DNA of 64,000 nt from positions 7,718 through 71,717 of the forward strand of contig WGCU01000026.1 in assembly GCA_015493635.1 (NCBI GenBank), read 5' to 3'. Below the pieces are notes generated by a model. That model had not been told where the DNA came from and did no database searches. It was given only the letters and a program-made list of their open reading frames with translations. Made by a program: the position numbers and the translations under genes. Below, piece by piece: positions 1-8,940 of the stretch (positions are counted from its first letter, which is position 1; the number at the start of each line of letters is the position of its first letter). The stretch comes from Spirochaetaceae bacterium (lineage in GTDB: Bacteria; Spirochaetota; Spirochaetia; B11-G9).

Positions 1-438
1 GATGTTCTGGGGTTTATTTTCCAGAATTTTAATCTTATTCCTGTCCTTAATGTCTATGAAAATATTGAATTCCCGCTGCTTCTCGGAAAAACAAGAGAAG
101 ATAAAAACAGGCGCAGGGAATGGATTACCCATCTTATGGAAGATGTAGGCCTCATAGAGTGGAAAACCCATAAACCAAATGAACTTTCCGGGGGGCAGCG
201 GCAGAGAGTTGCCATAGCGAGGGCTCTTGTTACAAAACCTGCCATTGTCCTGGCTGATGAACCAACTGCCAACCTTGACTCAAAAACAGGTGAAAATATC
301 ATAGAGATGATGAAAAAAATGAACAAAGAGTTTGATACAACGTTTATTTTCTCCACCCATGACAAGACTATTGTGGATATTGCAGATCATGTTATTCATC
401 TGAAAGACGGCCTCGTTGAATCAAATTCCAGGGGATAG
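1..438 (+). CDS. ABC transporter ATP-binding protein, MacB/LolD-like (5' truncated by window edge)
   Basis: Frame 1 is open from base 1. It carries the ABC signature LSGGQRQRVAIARAL, the Walker B motif IVLADEPTANLD and an H-loop (FSTHD). It lies directly upstream of two FtsX-type permeases. Confidence 0.85.
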   Translation, partial: DVLGFIFQNFNLIPVLNVYENIEFPLLLGKTREDKNRRREWITHLMEDVGLIEWKTHKPNELSGGQRQRVAIARALVTKPAIVLADEPTANLDSKTGENIIEMMKKMNKEFDTTFIFSTHDKTIVDIADHVIHLKDGLVESNSRG

Positions 439-440
439 GT

Positions 441-1916
441 ATGGAAAATGTTATTTTAAAAATTGCCTATAGAAATATATGGAAGCATAAAATTAAAACA
501 TTGATAATCGGTATTCTGGTAGCATTGGGAATCCTTATTCTTGTTGTGGGGAATTCCTTCATGGACAGTGCAGCGGCAGGTATGAGAAAAACCTATATTG
601 AAAATTTTACCGGTGATTTTATCATTACCTCAGGAGCAATGAAAAACCCATCCATGTTTATGGACGGTATTATGGAGGACAGGGATTCTGCTCTCCCAAT
701 AATTCCCAGGGAACCTGACATTGAAAAACACCTTAAAACGGTAAAGGGAGTGGCGGCTTTTAATCCTCAGATAGCCGGCGCGGTTGCCATCAAGCATGGT
801 GATGATAACGGATTTGCTCTTATTTTCAGTTTTGACCCGGTTAAATACCAGGAAGTGTTTAAAAATAATATTGAACTTGTTTCCGGAAGTTTTTTAAAGG
901 AAGGGCAGGAGGGGATTGTTCTTTCTGATGAAACGGTAAAGAGAATGAGAGAATCGGGGGGTGAAAAGGTTGCTGTGGGAGATAAAGTACTCCTTACCGG
1001 TATTAATAATATAACCGGAACCAAGATCAGGGAAGTTACCGTCCGGGGAATATTCAAATTCAAGAACGAAGCTCCCCAGCTTAAAGTGCTCTCATTTCTT
1101 GATGTCAACAACATGAGAATAATTAATGGTATGCTGAAAAATACAGAGGTGTCTGCCAATCTTTCCACAGAAGAAAAAGCTCTTCTTGGATCGGTTAACG
1201 AGAATTCTCTCTTCGGGGAGTCAGACGGAGGACTTGTTACCGATTCCAGCAGCAGTTCCTCCGCACCCGTTGATTATCTTTCCATTCTGGGGGATACATC
1301 AAAACGAAATTTATACCGTGAGACAGATCCCAACGCGTGGCACTACATTGTGGTAAAACTTGATAACGGTGTACGTCCAGGAAAGGTAATACGCCAGCTC
1401 AATACCTGGTTTACTGCACAGGGGATCGACGCAAAGGCTTACAGCTGGCTGCTTGGAGCAGGAGCCATCGGGAAATTGTCTAATACTCTCAAAATTGTTT
1501 TTAATCTTCTCATTCTCATTATAGCGGTTGTAGGAGTTATCATTATTATGAATACACTCGTTATATCAGTTACAGAACGGATTGGAGAAATTGGTACCAT
1601 GAGAGCCATTGGAGCAAAGAAGTCATTTGTACGGCGGATGATTATGCTGGAAACCCTCATGATTACAGTAATATTCGGATTTATCGGAGCTTTGCTGGGG
1701 ATTGTTATTACCTGGATTCTCGGGGCTATAGGATTTACCGCGACCAATACGTTCCTGCAGGTAATTATGGGAGGCAAGGTTTTCCACCCCGTTGTATCGG
1801 TGAGTGCAGTTGTTCTCTCCCTCGTTATTATCGGCGCTGTTGGAATTCTTGCCAGCCTGTATCCGGTTTCAGTTGCGTTGAAAATAAATCCGGTTAAAGC
1901 AATGGGGGAAAATTAG
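441..1916 (+). CDS. ABC transporter permease, FtsX/MacB family, with large periplasmic domain
   Basis: 491 aa. N-terminal TM helix, a ~250 aa periplasmic region, then a C-terminal 3-4 TM FtsX-like block (LILIIAVVGVIIIMNTLVISVTERIGEIGTMRAIGA). Adjacent to the ABC ATPase. Confidence 0.8.
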   Translation: MENVILKIAYRNIWKHKIKTLIIGILVALGILILVVGNSFMDSAAAGMRKTYIENFTGDFIITSGAMKNPSMFMDGIMEDRDSALPIIPREPDIEKHLKTVKGVAAFNPQIAGAVAIKHGDDNGFALIFSFDPVKYQEVFKNNIELVSGSFLKEGQEGIVLSDETVKRMRESGGEKVAVGDKVLLTGINNITGTKIREVTVRGIFKFKNEAPQLKVLSFLDVNNMRIINGMLKNTEVSANLSTEEKALLGSVNENSLFGESDGGLVTDSSSSSSAPVDYLSILGDTSKRNLYRETDPNAWHYIVVKLDNGVRPGKVIRQLNTWFTAQGIDAKAYSWLLGAGAIGKLSNTLKIVFNLLILIIAVVGVIIIMNTLVISVTERIGEIGTMRAIGAKKSFVRRMIMLETLMITVIFGFIGALLGIVITWILGAIGFTATNTFLQVIMGGKVFHPVVSVSAVVLSLVIIGAVGILASLYPVSVALKINPVKAMGEN

Positions 1917-1918
1917 AG

Positions 1919-3256
1919 ATGATGAATATAATAAAAATAGCTTTTAGAAATATCACCCGGCAGAAAAAGAGGAGTATACTTCTCGGCAGTGCTGTAGCCT
2001 TCGGAGTTCTGATAATTATCCTTCTTAACGGATTTACGGCAGGCTTAAAAGAAACCATGAAAGAAAACTTTACCTCCTTAATGGGAGGGCATGTATATGT
2101 AAATGGAAAAGTAGTGCTCCCCAGCGGAAAAATAGTAAACATGATAGGGGACAGGGATATACTGGACAAGGCTCTTTCACCTATTGCCGATGAAATAGCG
2201 GAGGTGCACATAAGGGCCCAGTCCGGCAGGAGCGAAATAATTTTCGGTTCAAAAAGTACATCTCTCCTTATATATGGTGTGAACTGGAATGATGAAAAGC
2301 TTCTCAAAAAAACATTGACCGTTCTTGATGGTTCGTTTAAGGCGCTATCAGATCCAAAGGCTATTGTTTTGCCAAAAAAAATAGCGGATAAACTTCAGGT
2401 CAGAGCGGGAGATTCTGTCCTGGTGCGTCTTGATACGGTGACAGGACAGCGGAATGTAGGTGATTTTACCGTCGGAGCAATTACAAGTGATCCTGGGAGT
2501 TTTTCTTTTATCAGCGCCGGATACGCTAATATTACGTATCTTGGTGAACTTCTCGGTCTTAAGCCCGGCGGGTATCAGTATATGAATCTGTACCTGAAGG
2601 ATATCAATCGTATGGATGTTGTAGCAAAAAAGCTGAGAGATGAGTTAAGGAAGACTGCTCTTTTAGAGGAAGATACTCCCGAAGATACCAATAATGAAAC
2701 CCATCAGAGGAGTATGGGGTTTATGATGGGAGGGTCAACGACGGCAGTAAAGCCCTGGAAAGGAACAAAATTTTCAGTAACAACCCTTAATGATGTTATG
2801 GCCCCTGTTTTACAGATGATCAGAATACTTAATATGGTCTCATTAACGCTCTTTATTATCCTTCTTACCATAACAATGGTCGGGCTCCTGAATACATTCC
2901 GTATGGTCCTTATAGAACGGACAAGGGAGATTGGAACAATACGGGCCATAGGGATGCAGCGAAAGGATGTCCGGAATATATTTTTCTTCGAAGCACTGTT
3001 CCTTTCTCTGGCAGGTGCAGCGGCCGGGCTTGTTCTTGCCCTTATCGGCATGGCGGTAGGAGGCGCGGTTACCTTTTCCGCGAACTCCAATATGGGTATT
3101 TTCCTTCTTAACCGGCATATACAGTTTATTGCATCGGTTCCCGGAATCCTGCTGATAATTGTCATCCTTTTACTGATGACTCTTGTTGCAGTATATCTTC
3201 CCGCACGGAGAGCAGCTCGTTTGAAAGTAGCTGATGCTCTGCGGACACAATACTAA
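1919..3256 (+). CDS. ABC transporter permease, FtsX/MacB family (second paralog)
   Basis: 445 aa with the same architecture (N-terminal TM, periplasmic domain, C-terminal FtsX block ERTREIGTIRAIGM). It starts 3 nt after the previous permease. Confidence 0.8.
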   Translation: MMNIIKIAFRNITRQKKRSILLGSAVAFGVLIIILLNGFTAGLKETMKENFTSLMGGHVYVNGKVVLPSGKIVNMIGDRDILDKALSPIADEIAEVHIRAQSGRSEIIFGSKSTSLLIYGVNWNDEKLLKKTLTVLDGSFKALSDPKAIVLPKKIADKLQVRAGDSVLVRLDTVTGQRNVGDFTVGAITSDPGSFSFISAGYANITYLGELLGLKPGGYQYMNLYLKDINRMDVVAKKLRDELRKTALLEEDTPEDTNNETHQRSMGFMMGGSTTAVKPWKGTKFSVTTLNDVMAPVLQMIRILNMVSLTLFIILLTITMVGLLNTFRMVLIERTREIGTIRAIGMQRKDVRNIFFFEALFLSLAGAAAGLVLALIGMAVGGAVTFSANSNMGIFLLNRHIQFIASVPGILLIIVILLLMTLVAVYLPARRAARLKVADALRTQY

Positions 3257-3273
3257 TAGATGGAGATGATAAA

Positions 3274-4032
3274 ATGAAAAAAAAGATTGGATTATTAACA
3301 GCGGCTTTGCTGCTTACGGGAGTACTCTCGGCAGGAGCTTTAACAACAGCCAAAGCGGAAGCGATTCTTGGAGATCTCGATGCGTCGAGGAACTTCAGCA
3401 ATACCGATTTTTCCGCGGTGATGACAATGGTAACAGAAGACCCTGAAAAGGGGATAGACAAGATAAAAGTGCAGCAGTTCAGGCGCGATGGTAAAGACAC
3501 GTTCCTTATGCTCTTTCTCGAACCGGAATCCAAGAAGGGGCAGGGGTATTTACGGATCAATGATAACCTGTGGTTCTATGATCCTGAAAGCAGGAAGTTT
3601 AATCATACTTCCATGAAAGATTCCTTTGGAGGGACCGATGCGAAGCATTCTGATTTCAGAATTTCAACACTGAAAGAAGATTACAATGTAAAAACGGTTG
3701 CGGATGGCAAACTCGGCCGGTTCAGTGTGTACATCATGGATCTGAAAGCAAAGAATTCGGAAGTAACGTATCCCCGTCTGAAGTTATGGATAACCCGGGA
3801 AGGACACCTGCTCTTGAAGGCAGAGGACTACAGTGCCACGGACAGACTGATGCGGACGAGCCTTTTCCCGAAGTACGCGAAGGTAAAGAACCGGTACATA
3901 GCTACCATAATGATTTTTGTGGATGAGCTGGTTAAAGGAAGGAAAACACAGATAAGTATTGCCAATATTTCCACCAAGAAACTTCCCGATACCATCTTTA
4001 CCAAGTCGTATGTAGAACGGGTTAACAGGTAG
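3274..4032 (+). CDS. LolA-like periplasmic protein (outer-membrane lipoprotein-sorting protein family, PF17131-like) with signal peptide
   Basis: N-terminal signal peptide (MKKKIGLLTAALLLTGVLSAGA). The core FLEPESKKGQGYLRINDNLWFYDPESRKFNHTSMKDSFGGTDAKHSDF matches the LolA-like family pattern (P..kG..L......W.Y.P..R.....s...sF.GSDF). Confidence 0.6.
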   Translation: MKKKIGLLTAALLLTGVLSAGALTTAKAEAILGDLDASRNFSNTDFSAVMTMVTEDPEKGIDKIKVQQFRRDGKDTFLMLFLEPESKKGQGYLRINDNLWFYDPESRKFNHTSMKDSFGGTDAKHSDFRISTLKEDYNVKTVADGKLGRFSVYIMDLKAKNSEVTYPRLKLWITREGHLLLKAEDYSATDRLMRTSLFPKYAKVKNRYIATIMIFVDELVKGRKTQISIANISTKKLPDTIFTKSYVERVNR

Positions 4033-4040
4033 GTGCGGAA

Positions 4041-5360
4041 ATGAAACTATATAAAACGGTATTATTATGTTTGGCAGGAACGGTACTATGGGCTGGCAGC
4101 ACGTTTGCTGACAGTATAAACACCAATGATCTTTTCGGAAGCAGCTCGGGGGCTCTTGTGGAAGAACCCTCCGGGAATACTGATAAAACGGATCTTTCGT
4201 CTGACCTCCTGACCTCAAAGGCAGGGGTAACAATAGGGGGCGCTTATCATTTTAAGGCAGCAGCCGCTTTGAAGGAAAATGATCTGGAAAATCCTTCTTT
4301 CGATTCCATGGATGATTCTTTTTCCATAGATCTTGGAACAACCCTGTCCTTTGATGCCCGTCCGGATGATACGATCCGGGTCCTGGGTAAGGTGGTTATT
4401 GCATATCCCTTTACGGGGGGAACGTTTTCCGATGTCTTTCATGTGACAGAGCTCTTTTCCGATTTTAATATTGACGACAAGGTGTTTTTCCGTGCAGGGA
4501 AAAGCACCATCAACTGGGGAGTGGGCTATTTTTTCAGTCCTGCGGACCTTCTTAATGTGAGCAAAATAGATCCTGAAGATCCTGATGCTGAACTGGAAGG
4601 ACCGGTTTCTGTAAAAATCAATGTTCCGGTTGGAATCAATAATCTCTATCTGTACGTTATAGCACCGGAGGGTATTATTTCTGCTTCAGAACTTGCGCTT
4701 GCTCCCAAAGCGGAGTTTGTTATCGGTGACAGCGAGTTTGGTCTGGGTGCTTACTATCAGAAAGACCATGTTCCAGCAGGGATGGTTACCGTAACGTCAG
4801 CTCTGGGAGATGTTTCTCTCTTCGGTGAAGGCGTTGTAACCTACGGATCCGATAAAACCTTTGTAAAGCAGGACGGCATGTCCTATGCTCTCGTTACGGA
4901 TGATGATACCGTTTTCTTTAAGGGAACTGCGGGTTTTAGGTACTCCTGGAGCGATGATCTTTCCAATTTTTCGTTTAATGTTTCCGGGCAGTATCTTTTT
5001 AACGGTGAAGGGTACGAAAATAATGATCAGGATTTTGTAACTGCCAACAGACTGATAATTATGGGAAGCGGACTTGTTTCTGCGTCTGATATTGCACAGA
5101 CCGGCCGGCATTACGGCGCCGGAAACTTCAGCTGGAATGAAATGTTCCAGAGTGATTTTACGTTCAGTATGTTTTGGCTGGGAAATCTCTCTGACGGATC
5201 AGGCATGATGAAACCTTCGCTTTCCTATACAGGGTTCGATGATATTGATATTTCACTGAGTCTCCCCTATAGTTATGGTGATATCGGTGATGAATATACT
5301 CCCATGGGAGATTCTGTGTCCGCGTCTTTAACCTTTTCTCTTGGAGGAACTGCCTTCTAA
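4041..5360 (+). CDS. putative outer-membrane beta-barrel protein (hypothetical), signal peptide, C-terminal aromatic residue
   Basis: 439 aa. Signal peptide MKLYKTVLLCLAGTVLWAGSTFA. Ser/Thr/Gly/Asp/Phe-rich with alternating beta-strand-like segments. Ends in ...LTFSLGGTAF (terminal Phe, typical of an OMP C-terminal strand). Tightly linked to the ABC/LolA-like genes. Confidence 0.5.
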   Translation: MKLYKTVLLCLAGTVLWAGSTFADSINTNDLFGSSSGALVEEPSGNTDKTDLSSDLLTSKAGVTIGGAYHFKAAAALKENDLENPSFDSMDDSFSIDLGTTLSFDARPDDTIRVLGKVVIAYPFTGGTFSDVFHVTELFSDFNIDDKVFFRAGKSTINWGVGYFFSPADLLNVSKIDPEDPDAELEGPVSVKINVPVGINNLYLYVIAPEGIISASELALAPKAEFVIGDSEFGLGAYYQKDHVPAGMVTVTSALGDVSLFGEGVVTYGSDKTFVKQDGMSYALVTDDDTVFFKGTAGFRYSWSDDLSNFSFNVSGQYLFNGEGYENNDQDFVTANRLIIMGSGLVSASDIAQTGRHYGAGNFSWNEMFQSDFTFSMFWLGNLSDGSGMMKPSLSYTGFDDIDISLSLPYSYGDIGDEYTPMGDSVSASLTFSLGGTAF

Positions 5361-6061
5361 TGGATGGACGGGTATTGATTATTGAGGATGAAATAGAGCT
5401 GGGTGAACTTATTCAGCTTTTTCTGAAAAAAGACGGTATTCAATCTGATCTATATCCTTCTGCGGAAGAGGGGCTCATCATCCTTAAGAAGCAGGTGTAT
5501 GACCTTATTATCCTTGATATCAATCTTCCCGGGATGGATGGTTTTGAATTTCTGCAGATTCTGCGCAGAAATTCTGCTGTCGGCGTTATCATCCTTTCTG
5601 CGCGTGAAGCGGATGAGGATATCGTCCTGGGACTTGGCCTCGGGGCAGATGAGTTTGTCACGAAACCCTTTGCTCCGAAGGTCCTTGTTGCCAGGGTACG
5701 GGCGCTGCTCCGACGTTTTAAGGCGCAGAAGGGAAATGTTTCGGGCAGAATTTATTTCGGCCCCTTTGAAATGGATATTGGCGGGTATTCAGTAGTGAAG
5801 GAGGGGGACAGAGTCCCTCTTTCCACTAAGGAGTTTGAGGTTTTGCGGTTTCTCATCGAAAACGCGGGAAAAGTATTTACCCCCCCTGAAATTTATCAGG
5901 CTGTCTGGAAACAGGAATTTGGAGATGTAACCTCTGTTGCCGTGTATATACAGCGGCTTCGAAAAAAACTTGAACCTGATCCGGCTGCTCCTGAACTCCT
6001 TATTACTGTCAGAGGGAAAGGGTATCTCTGTAATAAAAAAATGGTAACCTATGAGTCTTAA
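5360..6061 (+). CDS. two-component response regulator, OmpR/winged-helix family
   Basis: REC domain (LIIEDE...DLIILDINLPGMDG...KPF) followed by an OmpR-type DNA-binding domain. The ATG overlaps the upstream stop (TAATG). Confidence 0.9.
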   Translation: MDGRVLIIEDEIELGELIQLFLKKDGIQSDLYPSAEEGLIILKKQVYDLIILDINLPGMDGFEFLQILRRNSAVGVIILSAREADEDIVLGLGLGADEFVTKPFAPKVLVARVRALLRRFKAQKGNVSGRIYFGPFEMDIGGYSVVKEGDRVPLSTKEFEVLRFLIENAGKVFTPPEIYQAVWKQEFGDVTSVAVYIQRLRKKLEPDPAAPELLITVRGKGYLCNKKMVTYES

Positions 6062-7352
6062 AACACGGTTTGTTCTCCTTGTTGTAGGTTCTGTGCTTAT
6101 TCCAAACATTATTATCATGATGATTGTCGGACTCTCTTTCGGCGGGTTTAATAATATCTATGCGCTTCATAAGCAGATGAAAACATACTATACTGTCAAT
6201 AAAATGATCCGCCGTCCGGTAGATAAGAAAGAGTTTTTCACGTATTTACAATCATCTTCTCCTGTAGACTATTACATTATCAGCAGTGACAGGACGTTCC
6301 TTACCTCTTCAACCGGTACCAATGATTTAGCGAATGCACTGCAGAAAGGCAGGACGTTTACAGTACGGGAAGTTGCATTTACCGGTAACAGCAGTGCACT
6401 CCTTTTCCTCCATTTGCCGGCGCTTGAACATTTTGCTCTTGCCAGGCAGACCCCTTTTCAGCTTGTTGCTCCTCTGGTGCTTCTTTCGGTCCTGTCACTC
6501 CTTTCTCTGATTGTAATCCGGTCCATAAACAGCTCCCTTAAAAAGATAGAAGAAGCGACACGAAAGGTTGCAGAAGGGAACTATGACTTTGAACTTCCGG
6601 TACGGGGGAATGATTCCATAGCGTCCCTTTCACGCTCATTCAATATCATGATTGAAAAAGTCAGGGAGGAATACTCCCGCCGGGCACGGTTTTTTATGGG
6701 AGTTTCTCATGATCTTAAAACTCCTCTGGCTTCCATAAGCGGTTACGCGGACGCAATTCTCGAAGGGTATGCGGACAGCAAGGAATCTCTCGATAAGTAC
6801 GCAGGAATAATCAAGGACAAATCCGGACTTCTGCTGGACAGGGTATATCACCTTATTGATTTTGTGAAACTGGAAACTGGAGAGTGGAAGATATCTTTTC
6901 AGGATACTCCTTTAAAGAAGTTCCTCTTGGGAATTATTGATGCTGCTTCGGTTGATGCGGAGCTCTATCACTATACGTTTGAATCGAAAATTTTTATTCC
7001 GGATAGTGTTGTTGTTCCCATGGATACAGGGCTTGTTCGGCGCAGTTTTGATAATATTATTCATAATGCATTCCGGTATGCTGAGGAAGGAACCCGAATA
7101 AAAATTACAGCAGAGGAAGGAAATGGGGGAATTACAATTTCCATAGCAAACCGGGGAAAGGGAATACCGGAAGAAGATCTCCACTATATCTTTGAGCCTT
7201 TTTACCGGGGGTCCTCAACCCGGAATGAGGACGGTTTTGGTCTGGGACTTGCAAATGTTGCTTCTGTTATTAAATCTCACGGCTGGGAAATCTCTGTAAC
7301 TTCAGTACCTGGCGGAATAACTACTTTTACCATTTTCGTTCCGTTATCATAA
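6051..7352 (+). CDS. sensor histidine kinase (TM sensor, HAMP, HisKA, HATPase_c)
   Basis: Two TM segments, HAMP (SLKKIEEATRKVAEGNYDFELP), H-box (FFMGVSHDLKTPLASISGYAD) and G-boxes (GFGLGLANVAS). Overlaps the RR gene by 11 nt. Confidence 0.9.
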   Translation: MSLKTRFVLLVVGSVLIPNIIIMMIVGLSFGGFNNIYALHKQMKTYYTVNKMIRRPVDKKEFFTYLQSSSPVDYYIISSDRTFLTSSTGTNDLANALQKGRTFTVREVAFTGNSSALLFLHLPALEHFALARQTPFQLVAPLVLLSVLSLLSLIVIRSINSSLKKIEEATRKVAEGNYDFELPVRGNDSIASLSRSFNIMIEKVREEYSRRARFFMGVSHDLKTPLASISGYADAILEGYADSKESLDKYAGIIKDKSGLLLDRVYHLIDFVKLETGEWKISFQDTPLKKFLLGIIDAASVDAELYHYTFESKIFIPDSVVVPMDTGLVRRSFDNIIHNAFRYAEEGTRIKITAEEGNGGITISIANRGKGIPEEDLHYIFEPFYRGSSTRNEDGFGLGLANVASVIKSHGWEISVTSVPGGITTFTIFVPLS

Positions 7353-7357
7353 AAAAA

Positions 7358-7393
7358 GCAATGCAGGGTATGGGGGGAGGAACCCTGCATTGC
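7358..7393 (-). terminator. rho-independent terminator (11-bp perfect stem GCAATGCAGGG/CCCTGCATTGC), probably bidirectional
   Basis: Inverted repeat at 7358-7368 / 7383-7393. On the minus strand it is followed by a run of 7 T (7351-7357), just downstream of the htrA stop. It sits between the convergent HK (+) and htrA (-) genes. Confidence 0.7.
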
Positions 7394-7416
7394 AAGAAGA
7401 AGATTAAGAATGAAAA

Positions 7417-8910
7417 TTACGGAACAATCCCGAGTATTACATCGGTGCCCTGCTTATTTACTTTGAAAATAAGTTCGCCGCTGGTGTCAGCGTTAATAAT
7501 TTTATAAAAATCCATAACGCTGTTAATTTTCTTTTTATTTATTTCTTTTATTATATCACCGCTCCGGAGGCCCGCCTTAAAAGCTGATGTATTCTGCTCA
7601 ACGGCGCCGATCATTACCTTTCCAATATTAGAGGGAAGGTTAAGTTTTTTGCGGATATCCTTTGTAATCCCTACCACGGTAACACCAGGCCACAGAGACT
7701 TCGCATTTTTCTGAATTGCTGCTTCATCTTTTCTGGTTGTGATCCGTACTCTCAGGGTTACCGGCCGTTTGTACCGGATAACCTTGAAGGTGTATGTTTT
7801 TCCGGGAACCAGATTTCCAACCACATGAAGCAGTTCATTGGCATCTTTTATATTGGTTGTATCAACAGCTGTTATAAAATCGCCCGGTTTTAGACCGCCC
7901 TTCCATGCGGGGGAATCCTTGTATACGTTGAATACAAAAGCTCCCTTTTTGTGTTTTAACCCCATATCGCTGATGATCCCTTCTGAAGGATCGCTCATTG
8001 ATATTCCAAGCCAGCCGTATTGAACCTTTCCGGTAGCGATTAACTGATCGATAACCTTTTTCGCATTATTTATCGGAATGGCAAATCCAAGGCCAATACT
8101 TCCCCCGGACTGGGAAGCGATCCAGGTATTCATACCAATTACTTCCCCTTTGATATTTACAAGGGGTCCTCCGGAGTTTCCGGGGTTTATGGCAGCATCT
8201 GTCTGTATATAATCCGTAAAACTAGTGCCGAGCCGGTCGTTTGCTTTTCTGCCTACTGCGCTTATTATTCCCGAAGTAATGGTGGAGTCAAAACCAAGAG
8301 GGTTTCCTACTGCAAACGTTATATCGCCAGGCTGAACGGTGCTTGAATCACCCAGTACCGCGATAGGTACATTTTCTTTTGTTTCAAACTTTACGAGGGC
8401 AACATCTTTTCTTGGATCTTTTCCGACAAGTTTTGCATCGAAAACTCTTCCATCGTACAGGTGAATGGTTATTTTATCAGCATTACCGGCAACGTGGTTG
8501 TTCGTCAAAACGTACACGGTTTTCCCTGTTTTTTTAACGATGATTCCTGATCCGAGAGCGGCACTTTTAAACTCCTGCATCTTCGGTTTTTGCTGCTGCT
8601 GTTGGTTCGGAGAATTGAAGAAAAAATCAAAAGGGGAAGGCATAACAGGGACTGCCCTTTTGACTACTGTTTCAACGTTGATCGTTACAACGACAGGAAG
8701 AACCTTTTTTGCGATCATCCTGTTTTCATTCTGCATGGCTTGCAATGTATTCCCCTGGGAAACATTGTAGCCCTGGTATCTGTAGGGGGTTGTTTCAGCG
8801 GTAACGATACCAGCTGTTCCGATTAATAAAAATGTAATAAGAATAAGCAATGTGAATTTCTTTGTTTTCATTTTTCGCCTCCATGTGCTTTTGTTATATG
8901 AATAATACAC
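7417..8910 (-). CDS. htrA: periplasmic serine endoprotease DegP/HtrA (trypsin domain + 2 PDZ)
   Basis: Catalytic triad context: TNNHVAGNADKITIH, ...DVALVKF..., GNSGGPLVNIKGEVIGMN. Two PDZ-like C-terminal segments. Strong RBS GGAGGCGAAAAATG. Confidence 0.9.
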   Translation of the reverse strand: MYYSYNKSTWRRKMKTKKFTLLILITFLLIGTAGIVTAETTPYRYQGYNVSQGNTLQAMQNENRMIAKKVLPVVVTINVETVVKRAVPVMPSPFDFFFNSPNQQQQQKPKMQEFKSAALGSGIIVKKTGKTVYVLTNNHVAGNADKITIHLYDGRVFDAKLVGKDPRKDVALVKFETKENVPIAVLGDSSTVQPGDITFAVGNPLGFDSTITSGIISAVGRKANDRLGTSFTDYIQTDAAINPGNSGGPLVNIKGEVIGMNTWIASQSGGSIGLGFAIPINNAKKVIDQLIATGKVQYGWLGISMSDPSEGIISDMGLKHKKGAFVFNVYKDSPAWKGGLKPGDFITAVDTTNIKDANELLHVVGNLVPGKTYTFKVIRYKRPVTLRVRITTRKDEAAIQKNAKSLWPGVTVVGITKDIRKKLNLPSNIGKVMIGAVEQNTSAFKAGLRSGDIIKEINKKKINSVMDFYKIINADTSGELIFKVNKQGTDVILGIVP

Positions 8911-8940
8911 AAAGAAGCTTTCTGAAACCTTTCCGAACCA

